Positions 1-13,018 of a stretch of 64,000 nt of DNA are shown here, in pieces; the stretch's first letter is position 1, and each line of letters opens with the position of its first letter. The translations under genes and the position numbers were made by a program. The notes below the pieces were generated by a model. The model saw only the letters and a program-made list of their open reading frames with translations. It searched no databases and was not told the origin of the DNA. The stretch is from Octopus sinensis (lineage: Eukaryota), in NCBI RefSeq assembly GCF_006345805.1, contig NC_042998.1:69068001-69132000 (forward strand), in the 5' to 3' direction.

Positions 1-2395
1 TGCACCAGGCTCCAATCTTGATCTGGCAGAGTTTCTACAGCTGGATGCCCTTCCTAATGCCAACCACTCCGAGAGTGTAGTGGGTGCTTTTACATGCCAC
101 CGGCATGGGGGCCAGTCAGGTAGTACTGGCAAAGAAATTAGCTATAAACGGGTTGGAACTTGTGACCTCATGGTTGTCAAGCGAGTTTTTTAACCATTGT
201 CATATAATGTATTTTTTGTAACATCCGCAACCCAAACAGATCCATCATCAGTCATATATCTATATCATGCAGCTGTAGTTTCTTGCACACTACATCTGAT
301 TTTTCTCATGCACATTGTTTTTATCTCAACACATTTGTACTCTGTCACTCATGCATATGTACATCAAGCATCAAATGGATCATGCTTGCTTTAATTTCTC
401 GTCTTCTCAAGCCCTCCATATTTAAGGCCCATGTTTCATGATTATGCAGCACTGCAGTTCTAACTCAAACACCATACAACCTGCCCTTCATTTTGTTACC
501 AACAGCAATAGTAACTCCTTGATCTTTCTCCAACCTGTCCTTATTCTGGTTACTATCCTTTTGGAGCAACCACCTCCCTTGTCAATGACATCTCCAAGGT
601 AACAAAAGCTATCAACTACGTCCAGTGAGCCACGCAAACATTCAAATGAGTTCTTAGAATGTACTGCTCCGTACATCTATCCCATACAAAGCTTATATTC
701 AGGAACAGTCTGCTTGTGATTCCATTACATCTCGCGTGTGTCCATAACTTACACCAAGTACTATGTATGGTGTTTATACCTACTCCCTTTCTGCATATCA
801 AACAAGGCCATTTCCCTGAGGACACCAGTTTACTAAAACTTTTTTTTGCTAAAATTACTTTGAGGCCTTACAATTCTAGGTTTAGTTTCCATGCTTGGAA
901 TTTCCTCTCTGATTCTCCTGTAAATTCACCTGAGAGCTAGGTAACCACCAAATTACTGAACATGGTAGCCCGTCAAATACCTTCGCCAAACCAACAAAAG
1001 CCAAGAAGAGTGGTTTATTCTTAGCCAAATATTTCTCCTGCAGTTGCCTCACTAAGAAGACTGCATCTATGGTCACTCATCCAGGTACTAAACCAAACTG
1101 CATCTCATCAAAAGCTATTCTGTCATGATCCAATGACCTTTGTAACCAGGCCCAGTAATGAGATTCCTCAGTCAGTGATTCTCTGTAAGGCATCTTCTTC
1201 ACCTTTGTAGCAGTTTATGTTTGATGACAGTACAGTGCCAGTTATTAGGTATGACACCTTTCTGTATAATTCAATTTCCTCTCTGGGTAGTGAAAATACA
1301 TCCTACCTCACTAGATAGTTTGAGCATCTCTGCAACTATCCATGATGAATCCACAGCTTACTTTTTCTTCATGTATCTTATCACTTTATCTACCAAGAAG
1401 CTGTTGACTCAGATCATTGGTCACTTTGTGCAGTCAGTATGAAGTAGCCCTTTATCCCATGCATTCTCCACATCCAACAGCCTCTCATAATAGGACTTCC
1501 ATATTGTTGGTGAGTATACCTCTTCATCATTTTGAATACACTTCTCAGCAATTACATCTTGGTCCTCTCGCAAACCTTGTCTAGCAATCTTGACCACTTC
1601 TTCATGCATCTGATATCCTTGTTGTAGAACATGTGTAAATCTCTTCCTTTCTGCCTTACATTTAGCTAAACATATACCTTTCTAGATATTTGATCATGCT
1701 CCATACTACCACCACCTTCCTTCCAGGTTTTCCAAGCTTGTCCCTGAGTTTTACCACCCTAACAAACATGCCATTCTACCATCACATTACCATCCACAGA
1801 TGTGATCTGTCGCCATCAGTGGATTTTCTAACTGAAACTCCCAATTGTCACCTGTGTTACAGAAGGTATCTAACTCTTTCACCCAAGTTTTACACATTTA
1901 TTAGAATTTTTCTAAACCTATGACCAGCTGCAGGTCCTTTTAGCCTCCATGTCATCCTTCTCTATGTTGCCTTCCGTCTTTTTCATCTGACTTGCTCTAT
2001 CTCTGAAGTCACAAGCCACTAATCTGTTTGGTAGTGCACTCTCCACCAGGAAAGATTTTGGTATTTACAATAAACTTTCTATACCATTTCCTGGTGAGAA
2101 TGTAATCTATTTGGCTTGTGTGCCCAACAGATTCGTAGATGATTGGCTGATTCCTTCAAGTGTGTGTTGCAAATTTTAAGATAAGTTGCATAATGGAATA
2201 CCATGAGCCTTATACCCCATTCATTTCTTGAATCATGTCTTGTATATGTCACAGAAACCATCATCAACTCGGTCAATATGCCTGTTGAGGTTGCTGGCCA
2301 TGATAATAAAGTTACTGTCAATCTTCATTGAGGTAGTTTGCAGAAGGGCCTCATAGAAGTGGTCCTTCTGGCAATCCTGTCTATGGAGTACATGT
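1..2395 (-). mobile_element. Degenerate RTE-clade LINE (endonuclease/RT ORF2 remnants plus 3' tail)
   Basis: Minus-strand ORF fragments read as RTE ORF2: 'IDAVFLVRQLQEKYLAKNKPLFLAFVGLAKVFD' (882-1076), 'VVDSFCYLGDVIDKGGGCSKRIVTRIRTGWRK' (488-676), endonuclease-like 2079-2321. Multiple stops and frameshifts. Confidence 0.85.
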
Positions 2396-5300
2396 AGAGC
2401 TAATTGCTACTTTTGAGTTGCTTATAATTAGTCCCATATTAATTAGCCTATCACACACTCTGCTTCAATTACTTTATGCATTTATTTGACATTAAAAAGT
2501 GAGCTTTGTCCCATTAGCATTTAAACCAGTTGTATCTGGTTCAAATGTTGTACCTGATTTATGTTCATACTGACCAGATCCAGCCTCTCACACCTACCCT
2601 ACAATGTCATTCTAAAAATAAGCAACCACATCATTAAAATCTTGAAGGTACAACCTAATGCATGATTAATTCATAGCAATATGAATAAATAAGCATCACA
2701 TTTGACAAAGAAATCTGAATGTTATAGGATGAAACCAATAAGAGCCAGCCTTTGTGTTTAAGAATACTTTGGAATGAGGCAAATAACAGTTTGAATCGAA
2801 GATTATGGAATGTTGTCAGGGCTGTTTCATACAGGGAATAGCAAAACACAAAAAAATATAAAGACGCGAGGATTTCAAAAATGCAAGAAATTTTAACGAA
2901 ATGAATAGAGGAATAATGAATGCTGGAAATTTCTGCATTGTGTGGGAAGGTTGATCAAAAGAGTAACCTTACTAGTAGTGGTGCCCTTTCACATCTACTA
3001 GCATTCAGTTCGTACTCATCTACTGCAGCGTAATGCACTGAAACATAAAATGAAGCGCCTTGTTCAAGGACATAACGCACCACCCGATCCACTAATCAAA
3101 TTTACACCCTTATGATCATCAACTTAATACCTTAACCACTAAAACACGCCTTCAGACTGTCCATACATTTATAGCCTTGCTTTATTAATAACTGAACTTA
3201 ATACTTAATTGGCAGGATCATTAAGTATTTAGTTCAGTTATTTATAAAGCAATGCTACAAAAACAAATAATGAAATTACAAGATAACAAAATAATAAAAT
3301 GAATAAACACGAATACCTTAACCAGCAAATTCTGTTTTTATTTTGTTCCATCTCTCTCTCTAACTCACTTCCCCTACTTATCTGTCTTACTTCTTCTTTA
3401 TATATCTATCCACCTATTTTTCTCTATCACTTCCTTTATACGGTTAATCATTTTTAGAACTGGTATAATTCTGTTATATGGTAAAACATACGTAAATAAA
3501 TTGTTAAAATAAAAAAGGCCTGCACACTCTCTCAACGAAGCATTTCATAGTGTTTCCCTCCAAACTTTTTCGAGGCAACTCAAAACAGAGCATTTTGGCG
3601 GGTGATGGCGAGGTCGAGACACTGGAACAGCCAGGCACTCTCCCGGTATCATTACACATCAGGTTTAACATTTAAACTGAAACGAGAAATAAAGCTTCCA
3701 ATTGTTTATGTTATTTGGTTATCATGTCTTTATGTCAAGTTATTGTGTCAAATTCCTGTAAACCAGACATAACTGTACGGACTTCTCAATGCAAACAAAA
3801 CTTTAGATGAACTAAAACAATATATTATTTTAGTCATAAAACAGTGCAAGTCATTCATTCATCTTTACAAAGAGAATTTATTTAGCATTCATAATAATGA
3901 CACGCGTTGATTTGTGACAAAATTCTTTATCCCGAATTTTATATGCAAGAAAAACTTGCATGTCTAAATTCAGATTTCATTTAAAATACAGCCGATATAA
4001 AAATAGGTGTGTGTGTGGGGTCGGATGAGATGTATTAGCTGCATCTTTGTTTTTGAAATAAAATATATATTTTACAAATGTTTACTATCTTAGAAAAACT
4101 ATATCAGTTAAGCAAATGGCCTTTCCTAAACGCATTAGAAGCATTATAACATAATGTGATCACTATTTCAGAAAATTATTGCCTTTCTCTTTGAACACAT
4201 AAAAAGAAATTCATTTGGGGCAAAATGAGTAAGCCAAGCTCAAGTAAATTTGCCGCTTCCTAAAAAGACTCATAAATATTCATGACAGGGGAAAATGCCA
4301 CATGATATGAAATTGACGAAACTTGACTAACAAAAAAAAAACTCAAATATTCTCTGTAGCTCCATCACGATCTGTTAGAGTGTCCTCTTCGCGATAAATT
4401 TACTCACCATGCAGTTAAAGAGAAGAAATTATTGAAATTAGACATTACTTACGGAGATGTACTTGCATAGCAAGTGACCTGATCTGAGATCGTGTGCTGG
4501 AACGAAATCAATTGCAGCTTGGAAGGTGTTTATAAGCCATTTAAGAAACACACAAGACCCGTTAGATTCACTTCAACATTTAAATTTAATTTGCCAAAAT
4601 ATTTTCGTCGCTTTGAGACCGCGATCTGTTCACTGACAAAATTCCGTGCTGCATCTCTTATTTTACACCATTTTGGACATCATTTTGTGAAACTTGAAAA
4701 TTATAATTAGTATGGAAAAAAATTGACTTGGAATCCAACAGAGAAAAGAATATTGATCGTAAAACACCAGATATTTTATTAGCGCCCTGAATTACAATTG
4801 GGTCCTAGTTGAGGAAAAATTTCTTGAAAAAAAGGGCCTACTACCTGACTGTTTTGGACTCTCTCAACTTCAATAACAACTATGCCAACCAATTCTTACT
4901 CCTAAAGATGATGCAATGATTTTGAACAGGTCAAGAAAAAATAACGAGAAATGAGAAGTTACCCATTTTGCCCCACATTCTAATAAAATGAAATAAATCG
5001 ATTTTAGAGTTAGACAGTAAAGCAAGGTTAAAGGATAGATATCAAAGTTCAAAGTGTGACCGAACCAGTTAAGAAAGAAAACAGAGTAAAAAACGGATAA
5101 ATATTTCTAATGATGACCATTCACCTCCAACTTCCGTTAATGTATTTGTTTTTATTAACGTTTAATCGATAAATAAAGTAGAGACGAAAAACAGTGATAC
5201 CCACAAATAGAAAACATGTCAGAAGTAACACAAACTTAGTATTCCTTCATGTAGTTCTTTGATCTCCTCCTACTAGAGAGAACATCTATGTAGTCACACG

Positions 5301-5550
5301 ATCTGCTAGAAACAGCAGTCGATTTTTCTATTATTTAACGATAAAAGAAGTTCTCTGTTGTAATATTTAAATCCATCGGAATTTCTTTTCGTCATTTAAG
5401 TGCCAATTGCGCGAAATTCACACCCCTTGAATCGCATATGTTCATATATATATATATATATATAATATAAGCATATTAAAAAGGGTCCTTGGGAAAACTC
5501 ATTTAAATAAAAGGAGCCCTTGATAGAGAAAAAGTTGGAACCGCTGGTAT

Positions 5551-5846
5551 AGGCACAGGAGTGGCTGTGTGGTAAGTTTGCTACCCAAGGTTCAATCTCA
5601 CTGCGTGGTACCTTGGGCAAGTGTCTTCTATTATAGCCTTGGGCCGACCAAAGCCTTGAGTGGATTTGGCAGACGGAAACTTAAAGAAACCCGACAACTG
5701 GTATTGGTGTGTTTATATTCCCCGTAACATAGCGGTTCGGCTAAAGATATAGACAGAATAAGTACTTGGCCTACGGTATAAAATTACTGGGGTCGATAAA
5801 TTTAGCTAAAATTTTTCAAGGTGGTGCCCCAGCATGGCCGCAGTCA
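5551..5846 (+). mobile_element. tRNA-derived SINE, family A (head ggcacaggagtggctgtgtggtaag)
   Basis: Same head and body recur at about 14131, 23159, 36754, 37237, 45437, 50455, 51032 and in reverse at about 38200-38950. Pol III A/B-box-like head. Confidence 0.85.
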
Positions 5847-6125
5847 TATATCAATCCTATATTTATGAGAGGAATAATCTGTATCATGTGTACTGTTTGT
5901 ATCAGTCGGAGTAATATAAACAGTGGCGGAGTTCGGATCGTCGAGGTCATGTTTCATTAGTTAACAAGTTTTCGTTGGTCAAGAAAGGCCTTCCTATCTC
6001 TTTCTTTGAAACATAGATTACTGGGGACTATATTATCATTTTTTTCCCCAGTTATTGCAAACAGGAAAGGGAGCGGGGGCTGTTACTTCTAGCATTGTAA
6101 AAAGGTTGCTGTAGGCTCCGAGGAG

Positions 6126-6199
6126 GTCATGTGATAAGTTTTGATTGGCCAGATTTATTCCTCTTGGTTACATGTTAAGTAATTTGGCGCCAACTTTAA
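6126..6199 (+). promoter_or_regulatory. CDC6: Putative CDC6 promoter: palindromic E2F-type site TTTGGCGCCAA (6183-6193) and inverted CCAAT box (ATTGG 6144-6148)
   Basis: Motifs seen directly in a non-repetitive island just upstream of a GTAAGC donor. CDC6 is an established E2F target in animals. Assignment to CDC6 is inference. Confidence 0.55.
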
Positions 6200-6258
6200 G
6201 AGGTTGCTACATAGTCAGCTGTGTGTCGCCAACATCATAATCTCGCGGGTTTTTTTCT
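6200..6258 (+). other. CDC6: Putative non-coding first exon of CDC6 (start approximate)
   Basis: GTAAGC donor at 6259 directly after the E2F/CCAAT island. The ATG exon at 11430 has an acceptor only 5 nt before the ATG, so an upstream UTR exon is required. Confidence 0.45.
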
Positions 6259-8781
6259 GTAAGCATTTTTATTCAATTTATTATTTCGAAATATATATTT
6301 ATTACATCTACTTACCATTTCGAAACATTTCTTTTTTGTGTATTTTCCATTTCAAAATATATTTATAATGTTTATTTAACTCTTCAAAACATATTTAATT
6401 CATTTAACATTCCAAATCACTTCGTTTTAGTACCGCAAAATCCTATTTCGTCCATTTATCATCTCAAAACATTTATTTGACGATCGAAACAAATAAATTT
6501 TAAGACATTTAATTCATTCATTTTACCGTCTCAAACCGTTTCTGTATTTAATCACCTCAAAACTTATGCATCTAAATCTTAAATATATAAATATTTGCGA
6601 ACAAATTTACTGGTAAAGTGAACAACCTCCGATACAAATCGGAAGGGGCCAAATGAAAACGACTTAGTACATTTCATTCATTTTATATCATTTTACATAG
6701 GTGACTACTAAGATTAATTAAATTGATTTAATTATGGTGATATAGAATAACATCTTAAAATTTCTGTAGACATTCAAGTATTGCAATCGTACTGTGTTAC
6801 TATTTTGTGCTAATGATGAAGCTTGTAATTACTAAGACTAATTACAATTTTAATGTATATCTTATAAACATAAACAATAAAGCACCATATGTTAAAAACT
6901 TTTGAAGATACTCAGTGAATCCTATTTGTTTTTTATGAGCTTCCCTCTGTTTTATATCAGAGGTCTTTGTTTAAGTTAAAAGCTACTTTTGAAAACGCGA
7001 GTTTCAGAATTTTGAGAATCTATTTGCTTTGTTTTGCTTTTTTTCTTCTTCGATATATAAGACTTGAATTTTGATCTCGATCATTTTTACTTTTCGAAGT
7101 TTGTTTCGCTGTTATTTATTAAGAATGGACTCGTATGGGCATCACTTCCAATATTGGGTACATTACTTCGAAGATGGAATTTTTTTTTTTTTTACCTAAA
7201 AACGATCGATCGATTTCCAATTATTTTGATGGTCAGATTTATTTAAAAAACAAATTTCACCTTCAAAGCTAGACAGATGTAAGATTTCCCCCAATATTGT
7301 TTTCGGTTTAAAGAATGACTCAACGGCGCAAAATTTTATTTTTCCTCCTTGTAGAAAGAATCGTGTTTTTTAAATAAATTATTCACTTTTTATTTGTTAA
7401 TTAAAATAAATTGATAGCTACTGCTAGGAAAATTAAAATTATGAAAAAATACTGTTCCTATTTTTTTTTTGTTCACGTGTGAAGATCTTTATATTGACCA
7501 AAATTTCTGTTATAAAACAATGAAGTCAGTTGATGTTCGTACGTGTATATATTTCTTGTAAAAGAAAATTGAAGGAGGATCAGTAAATGTTATATAAATG
7601 ACTTAATTATGTCTTCCACCGATTTATTGATAAATATAAATGAAAAATAAAATACAATTATCCAATGAGTACAACTCGCCATTAACATTTTCATTCATTC
7701 TAAAATAGTTTGTTAATCTTCATCAATCGAAATTCTTTTAAAAAGTTAATTAAAAAAATTTTTTTTACTTCACTATCATGTTAGTTATGGTCAAATACGT
7801 GACTATGAACGACCACATTTTGCAGAATATAAATTCGAAAGGGTGTAATTTGTGGTAAATTAGGTAGCTATATCTATGAGCGCCTTTCTAACAAGTTGTT
7901 GTTTGTCTCAAGGCAGCCATGATTGAACAGACCTCTGGTCAAGGGCATTTTAGCCGTGACCAGCCCGTCTTTATCCTGGATACAGGACACCTAAAACCAC
8001 ATTAACCAAGGTGTTGTTTTCTAAGACGATAAAGTTTGTCTTAAAGAAATTTAGTTGTTATAACTGTAGTTGTGACAAATTTTCTAATATTACAGCTCAG
8101 ATGATGTAGATTACGTTCGTGTCGCAATTTGAGGGAAAATGTTTTTTCTTGAGGAGGTTTGGGATAATTGGAACACCTCGACTGTAGTGTACCCCTTTTC
8201 CGATTTTTGTTTCCTTTTAACCCATTGAAAAAGGCATTTTTTACATGAAATTTTCCACAAAAGCGCCTCGGACTATGTGGATTACGATCTTGTCTAAATT
8301 TGATATGAAATAATTGTTTTGGCGAGTGTAAGCGAATAATTCATACACCTCATCAAAACGTATGAGAAAACGGTTTATTTTTCATATCAGATTATTATAA
8401 TACTCTACATCACATGGAACGTATTTTTAGAAAAGTCCATCCAAAACTTTGCACTTTTCAGAGTTATGAAGAAAAAGTCGATGTGTGTAATTTATCGCAC
8501 CTCCCACCAAACCAAGAAAATTCATTACAAATTCCGATGTAGGTTACAGTTATAGTGATAAAATTTTTGGAACCTAGAATTGATTTCAGTCTTATCTATG
8601 CATTGTTAACTTGAGGTTTTGGTTGTCCCTGTAGAAAATAATTGCTCTCAGTGCCATGCTGTGGGACTGAACCCAGAACTATGTGGTGAGGAAGCAAACT
8701 ACTTATCACATAACCATGTCTGTGTCTATACATATGCGTAATTTGGTATATAATTTACCTTCATCTGTAAAAATGCTGGAT

Positions 8782-11190
8782 AAGAAATGAAGCCAGTATG
8801 CTCCGATGGATGTGTAATGTCAGTGTTCATAATCGTCAGAGTGTAAGTACTTTGAGAGAAAAGTTGAACCTAAGAAGTGTCAGTTGTGGTGTGCAAGAGA
8901 GACGGCTGCGCTGGTATGGTCATGTGACGAGAATGGCTGAAGATAGTTGTGTGCAAAAGTGCTACACCTTAGCAGTTGAGGGAACCTGTGGAAGAGGTAG
9001 ACCCAGGAAAACCTGGGACGAGGTGGTGAAGCACGACCTTCGAACTTTAGGTCTCACCAAGGAAATGACCGAGTCCTATGGAAGTGTGCTGTGCATGAGA
9101 GGACCCGGCAGGACTAGTCAGGCCATATCCCGTGGCCCCTACCTGGGACGTAGTCGATCCACCTGTGCATACCTTCCTTCTTGTGACACTTGTGAAGACC
9201 TGCTGAGGCAAGTGAAAATCAATCAAAATAGATGAACATCAATGGAATTTGTATCTTTGTGGTACCAGTGCCTGTGGCACACAAGAAAACCATCCGAACG
9301 TGGCCGTAGCCAGTACCGCATCGACTGGCCTCCGTGCTGTGGGAACATGGTGGCACATAAAAACACCATCCGAAGACCCGGCAAGACTAGTCAGGTCATA
9401 ACCTGTGGGCCCTACCTGGGACGTAGTCAGTCCACCTGTACATACCTTCCTTCTTGTGACACTTGTGAAGACCTGTTGAGGCAAGTGAAAATCAAAACAA
9501 ATCAAAATAGATGAACATCTATGGAATTTGTATCTTTGTGGTACCAGTGCCGGTGGCACACAAGAATCCATCCGAACGTGGCCGTAGTCAGTACCGCTTG
9601 TGGTACCAGTGCCGGTGGCACACAAGAATCCATCCGAACGTGGCCGTAGTCAGTACCGCATCACTGGCCATCGTGCTGTGGGCACATAACAAACACCATC
9701 CGGTCGTGGCCGTTCGCCAGCCTCATCTAGCACCTGTGTCGGTGGCACATAAAAAGTAGTCAGTACCGCTGGTGGTACCAGTGCCGGTGGCACATAAGAA
9801 TCCATCTGAACATGGCCGTAGTCAGTACCGCATCACTGGCCATCGTGCTGTGGGCACATAACAAACACCATCCGGTCGTGGCCATTCGCCAGCCTCATCT
9901 AGCACCTGTCGGTGGCACATAAAAACACCATCCGAAGACCCGGCAAGACTAGTCAGGCCATAAACCATGGCCCCTACCTGGGACGTAGTCAGTCCACCTG
10001 TGCATACCTTCCTCCTTGTGATACTTGTGAAGGCCTGTTGAGGCAAGTGAAAATCAAAATCAAAATCAAAATCAAATCAAAACAAATCAAAATCAAAACA
10101 AATCAAAATAGATGAACATCAATGGAATCTGTATCTTTGTGGTACCAGTGCCGGTGGCACACAAAAGAACCATCCGAACGTGGCCGTAGCCAGTTCCGCA
10201 TCGACCGGCCTCCGTGCTGTGGGCACGTAACAAACACCATCCGATCATGACCGTTCGCCAGCCTCATCTGGCACCTGTGTCGGTGGCACATAAAAACACC
10301 TTCCGAAGACCCGGCAAGACTAGTCAGTCCACCTGTGCATACCTTCCTTCTTGTGACACTTGTGAAGACCGGTTGAGGCAAGTGAAAATCAAATCAAATC
10401 AAAATAGACAAAATAGATGAACATCAATGGAATTTGTATCTTGTGGTACCAGTGCCTGTGGCACACAAATCCATCAGTGCTGTAGTCAGTGCGGTGGGCA
10501 CATGACAAACACCATCCGATCGTGGCCGTTCGCCAGGCTCATCTAGCACCTGTGTCGGTGGCACATAAAAACACCATCCGAAGACCCGGCAAGACTAGTC
10601 AGGCCATAACCCATGGCCCCTACCTGGGACGTAGTCAGTCCACCTGTGCATACCTTCCTTCTTGTGACACTTGTGAAGACCTGTTGAGGCAAGTGAAAAT
10701 CAAAACAAATCAAAATAGATGAACATCAATGGAATTTGTATCTTTGTGGCACGTGGCACACAAGAAAACCATCCGAACGTGGCCGTAGCCAGTACCGCAT
10801 CGACTGGCCTCCGTGCTGTGGACACGTAACAAGCACCATCCGATCGTGGCCGTTTGCCAGCCTCATCTGGCACCTGTGTCGGTGGCACATAAAAACACCA
10901 TCCGAGCGTGGCCGTCTGCCAGCCTCGTCTGGCACCTGTGTCGGTGGCACATAAAAAACACCATCCGAGCGTGGCCGTTTGCCAGCCTCGTCTGGCACCT
11001 GTGTCGGTGGCACATAAAATCACCCACTACACTCTCGGAGTGGTTGGCGTTAGGAAGGGCATCCAGCTGTAGAAACACTGCCAGATCTGACTGGACTGGT
11101 GCAGCTTTCGGGCTCCCCAGACCCCAGTTGAACCGTCCAACCCATGCTAGCATGGAAAGCGGACGTTAAATGATGATGATGATGATGATG
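8782..11190 (+). mobile_element. 5'-truncated RTE LINE with tandemly expanded 3' region and (GAT)n tail
   Basis: ORF 8798-9110 'ERRLRWYGHVTRMAED...GRGRPRKTWDEVVKHDL' is an RTE ORF2 C-terminus. It ends in 'catggaaagcggacgttaaatgatgatgatg', a tail shared by many short copies in the window. Confidence 0.85.
9100..11030 (+). repeat. Complex tandem array (about 273-bp base unit with variable sub-repeats), 5 units
   Basis: Anchor 'gacccggc' at about 9102, 9375, 9937, 10308, 10583 (spacings 273, 562, 371, 275). Confidence 0.9.
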
Positions 11191-11434
11191 ATACACACAC
11201 ACATACGGAGATGTACTTGCATAGCAAGTGACCTGATCTGAGATCGTGTGCTGGAACGAAAGCAATTGCAGCGTGGAAGGTGTTGTGTATGTATGTATGT
11301 ATGTATATATATATATAGTTAACGTATTTGTCATTGATTTTACATAAACCATCCTCCATTATATTTGAAGCTTGTATTTGTAAACAAATGTCACCATTGA
11401 GACAGAGTTTCTGTTTTATTTTATTAAAGGAAAA

Positions 11435-11525
11435 ATGAGGCCTACAACACTTGTTCAAAGAAAATTAGAATTTCAAGTTAGGAAATCTAAACCAAATGCA
11501 AAGAATGTCTCCTCCAAGAAAAAAG
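11435..11525 (+). CDS. CDC6: CDC6 coding exon 1 (ATG; MRPTTLVQRKLEFQVRKSKPNAKNVSSKKK)
   Basis: Acceptor ttattaaag| at 11429, ATG 11435, donor |gtttgt at 11526, phase 1 matching the next exon. QxxLxFxxRK resembles the conserved CDC6 N-terminus (human QATISFPKRK). Confidence 0.8.
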
Positions 11526-11727
11526 GTTTGTTAAATTTTTATTATTCATGTATAAAGTTAAATATATGACCTGATATAACACACTGCAGCTGCTTGGCTG
11601 GAACCTTAAAAAGAAATGATGGCAGATTATCATTTAATGTGTTTCATCTTACTTCTGGAAAAAGATTACCCGTACCTCAACTAGGGGCACGAGTGAGTAG
11701 AAATATTCACTATGCTGATATGTAGAA

Positions 11728-12588
11728 CATGTAGTCAAAAAAGCATCCACCCTTGATATTTTTCATAGAAAATGTGTAAGCAAAATCCGCTTGAGTATTA
11801 GGTGGCTATGTCCTTCCTGAGCATGCGCAAAAATGTTCGTGTCTGTAGGTTGAGCCATTTGCCTGCAGTAACATGTTGAGTACAGACGTAAAGAGTGTGC
11901 TGTGTGATTTCTCTTTTTGAATGTAAATCACCGAGTGCATTGAGCAAAGATGCTGTATCAAATTCTGCCAAAAACTTGGTGAGACGCAAGCCCAGACTAT
12001 CGACAAGATTCAGAAGGCCTTTGGAGGTGATGCTATGGGAAAAACAAATAAAGGAGAGGCACAACCAGTTCAAAGATGGCTGCACCTCAGTGGACATTGA
12101 GCCACATTGTGGCCAGACAATTAAAGAATACTACCTGGGGGTCCTTTGTCACCTTCATAAAGTTGTGTGGCTAAAACGAACTGACCAGTGGGCAGCAAAG
12201 AACTGGCAACTCCACCATGACAATGCACCTGCTCATTCCACCCATATACAACCATTCCTTGTCAAGCAAAACACACCACTTTTTCGTCAGGCTTCCTACT
12301 CCCTAGACTTGGCTCTGTGCGACTTTTGGCTATTCCCAAAGCTCAAAAAAATCACTCAAAAGGAGGAGATTTGAGTCAACAGAGTACATTAAACAAAATT
12401 CAAAGGCACAGCCCTACAGTATCCCCAAAAGTGATTTCCATAAATGTTTCCAGCAGTGGCAGGAACACTGGCAGAAGTCTGTAGACTCCCTAGGTGAATA
12501 CTTTGAAGAAGACTAAATCAAAATGGTGTGTTTTGTAATATTACTTGTTTTTTGGCCAAAGGTCTCATACTTTTTGACTACACCTCAT
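11728..12588 (+). mobile_element. Internally deleted mariner element
   Basis: Transposase remnant 'WQLHHDNAPAH...YSLDLALCDFWLFPKLK' in ORF 11895-12374. Degenerate TIRs (tgtagtcaaaaa / tttttgactaca). Confidence 0.85.
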
Positions 12589-12650
12589 CCATTATTGCAC
12601 CCTTTAGCATTTAAACTGGGCAGATCCAGCTTCTCACACTTACCTTACAA

Positions 12651-13018
12651 TACATTATTTACATTTGATGGATATTTGTCCTCATCTTGTTTATTGTTAA
12701 CACAACGTTTTGGCTGATATACCCCCCAGCCTTCATTAGGTTTCTTGGGGAAATTTTGAACCTGGCGTAGTGGTTAAGAGCGCGGGCTACTAACCCCAAG
12801 ATTCCGAGTTTGATTCCAGGCAGTGACCTGAATAATAATAATATCGAAAAATACCTTAGGAATGAGAAGGCAAGTTTGAAATTTCCCCAAGACACCTGAT
12901 GAAGGCTGGAGGGTATATCAGCTGAAACGTCTTAACAACAAACAAGATGAGGACAAATATCCGTCAAATGTAAATAACGTACATAATTCCTCATCTCTTA
13001 AATATAGAATTGTATTAC
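12651..13018 (+). mobile_element. tRNA-headed SINE-like element with hammerhead motif, preceded by an inverted partial copy
   Basis: A-box TGGCGTAGTGG 12763, B-box-like GAGTTTGATTCC 12806, CTGATGA...GAAAC at 12896-12928. 12651-12765 is the reverse complement of the 3' part. Confidence 0.75.

Noticed and set aside
3492-3680. Minus-strand exon-like segment with good acceptor; TTTTGGCGGG E2F-like motif at 3593
   Set aside because: Stops in all frames after the acceptor and no coherent link to other exons.
4963-4979. 17-nt minus-strand microexon-like AATGTGGGGCAAAATGG
   Set aside because: No frame-compatible neighbouring exon found; could be chance in AT-rich DNA.
7520-7538. Alternative CDC6 start exon ATGAAGTCAGTTGATGTTC|gtacgt
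   Set aside because: Phase fits, but the 11435 exon has better splice context and the conserved QxxLxFxxRK motif.
9100-11030. Possible CRISPR array or ribozyme array; ORFs of 60-128 aa across it
   Set aside because: Units are contiguous tandem copies without unique spacers, no hammerhead core is present, and the ORFs are repeat read-throughs in a eukaryotic intron.
12763-12830. tRNA gene
   Set aside because: No complete acceptor stem or cloverleaf; it is a SINE head repeated at 31933.
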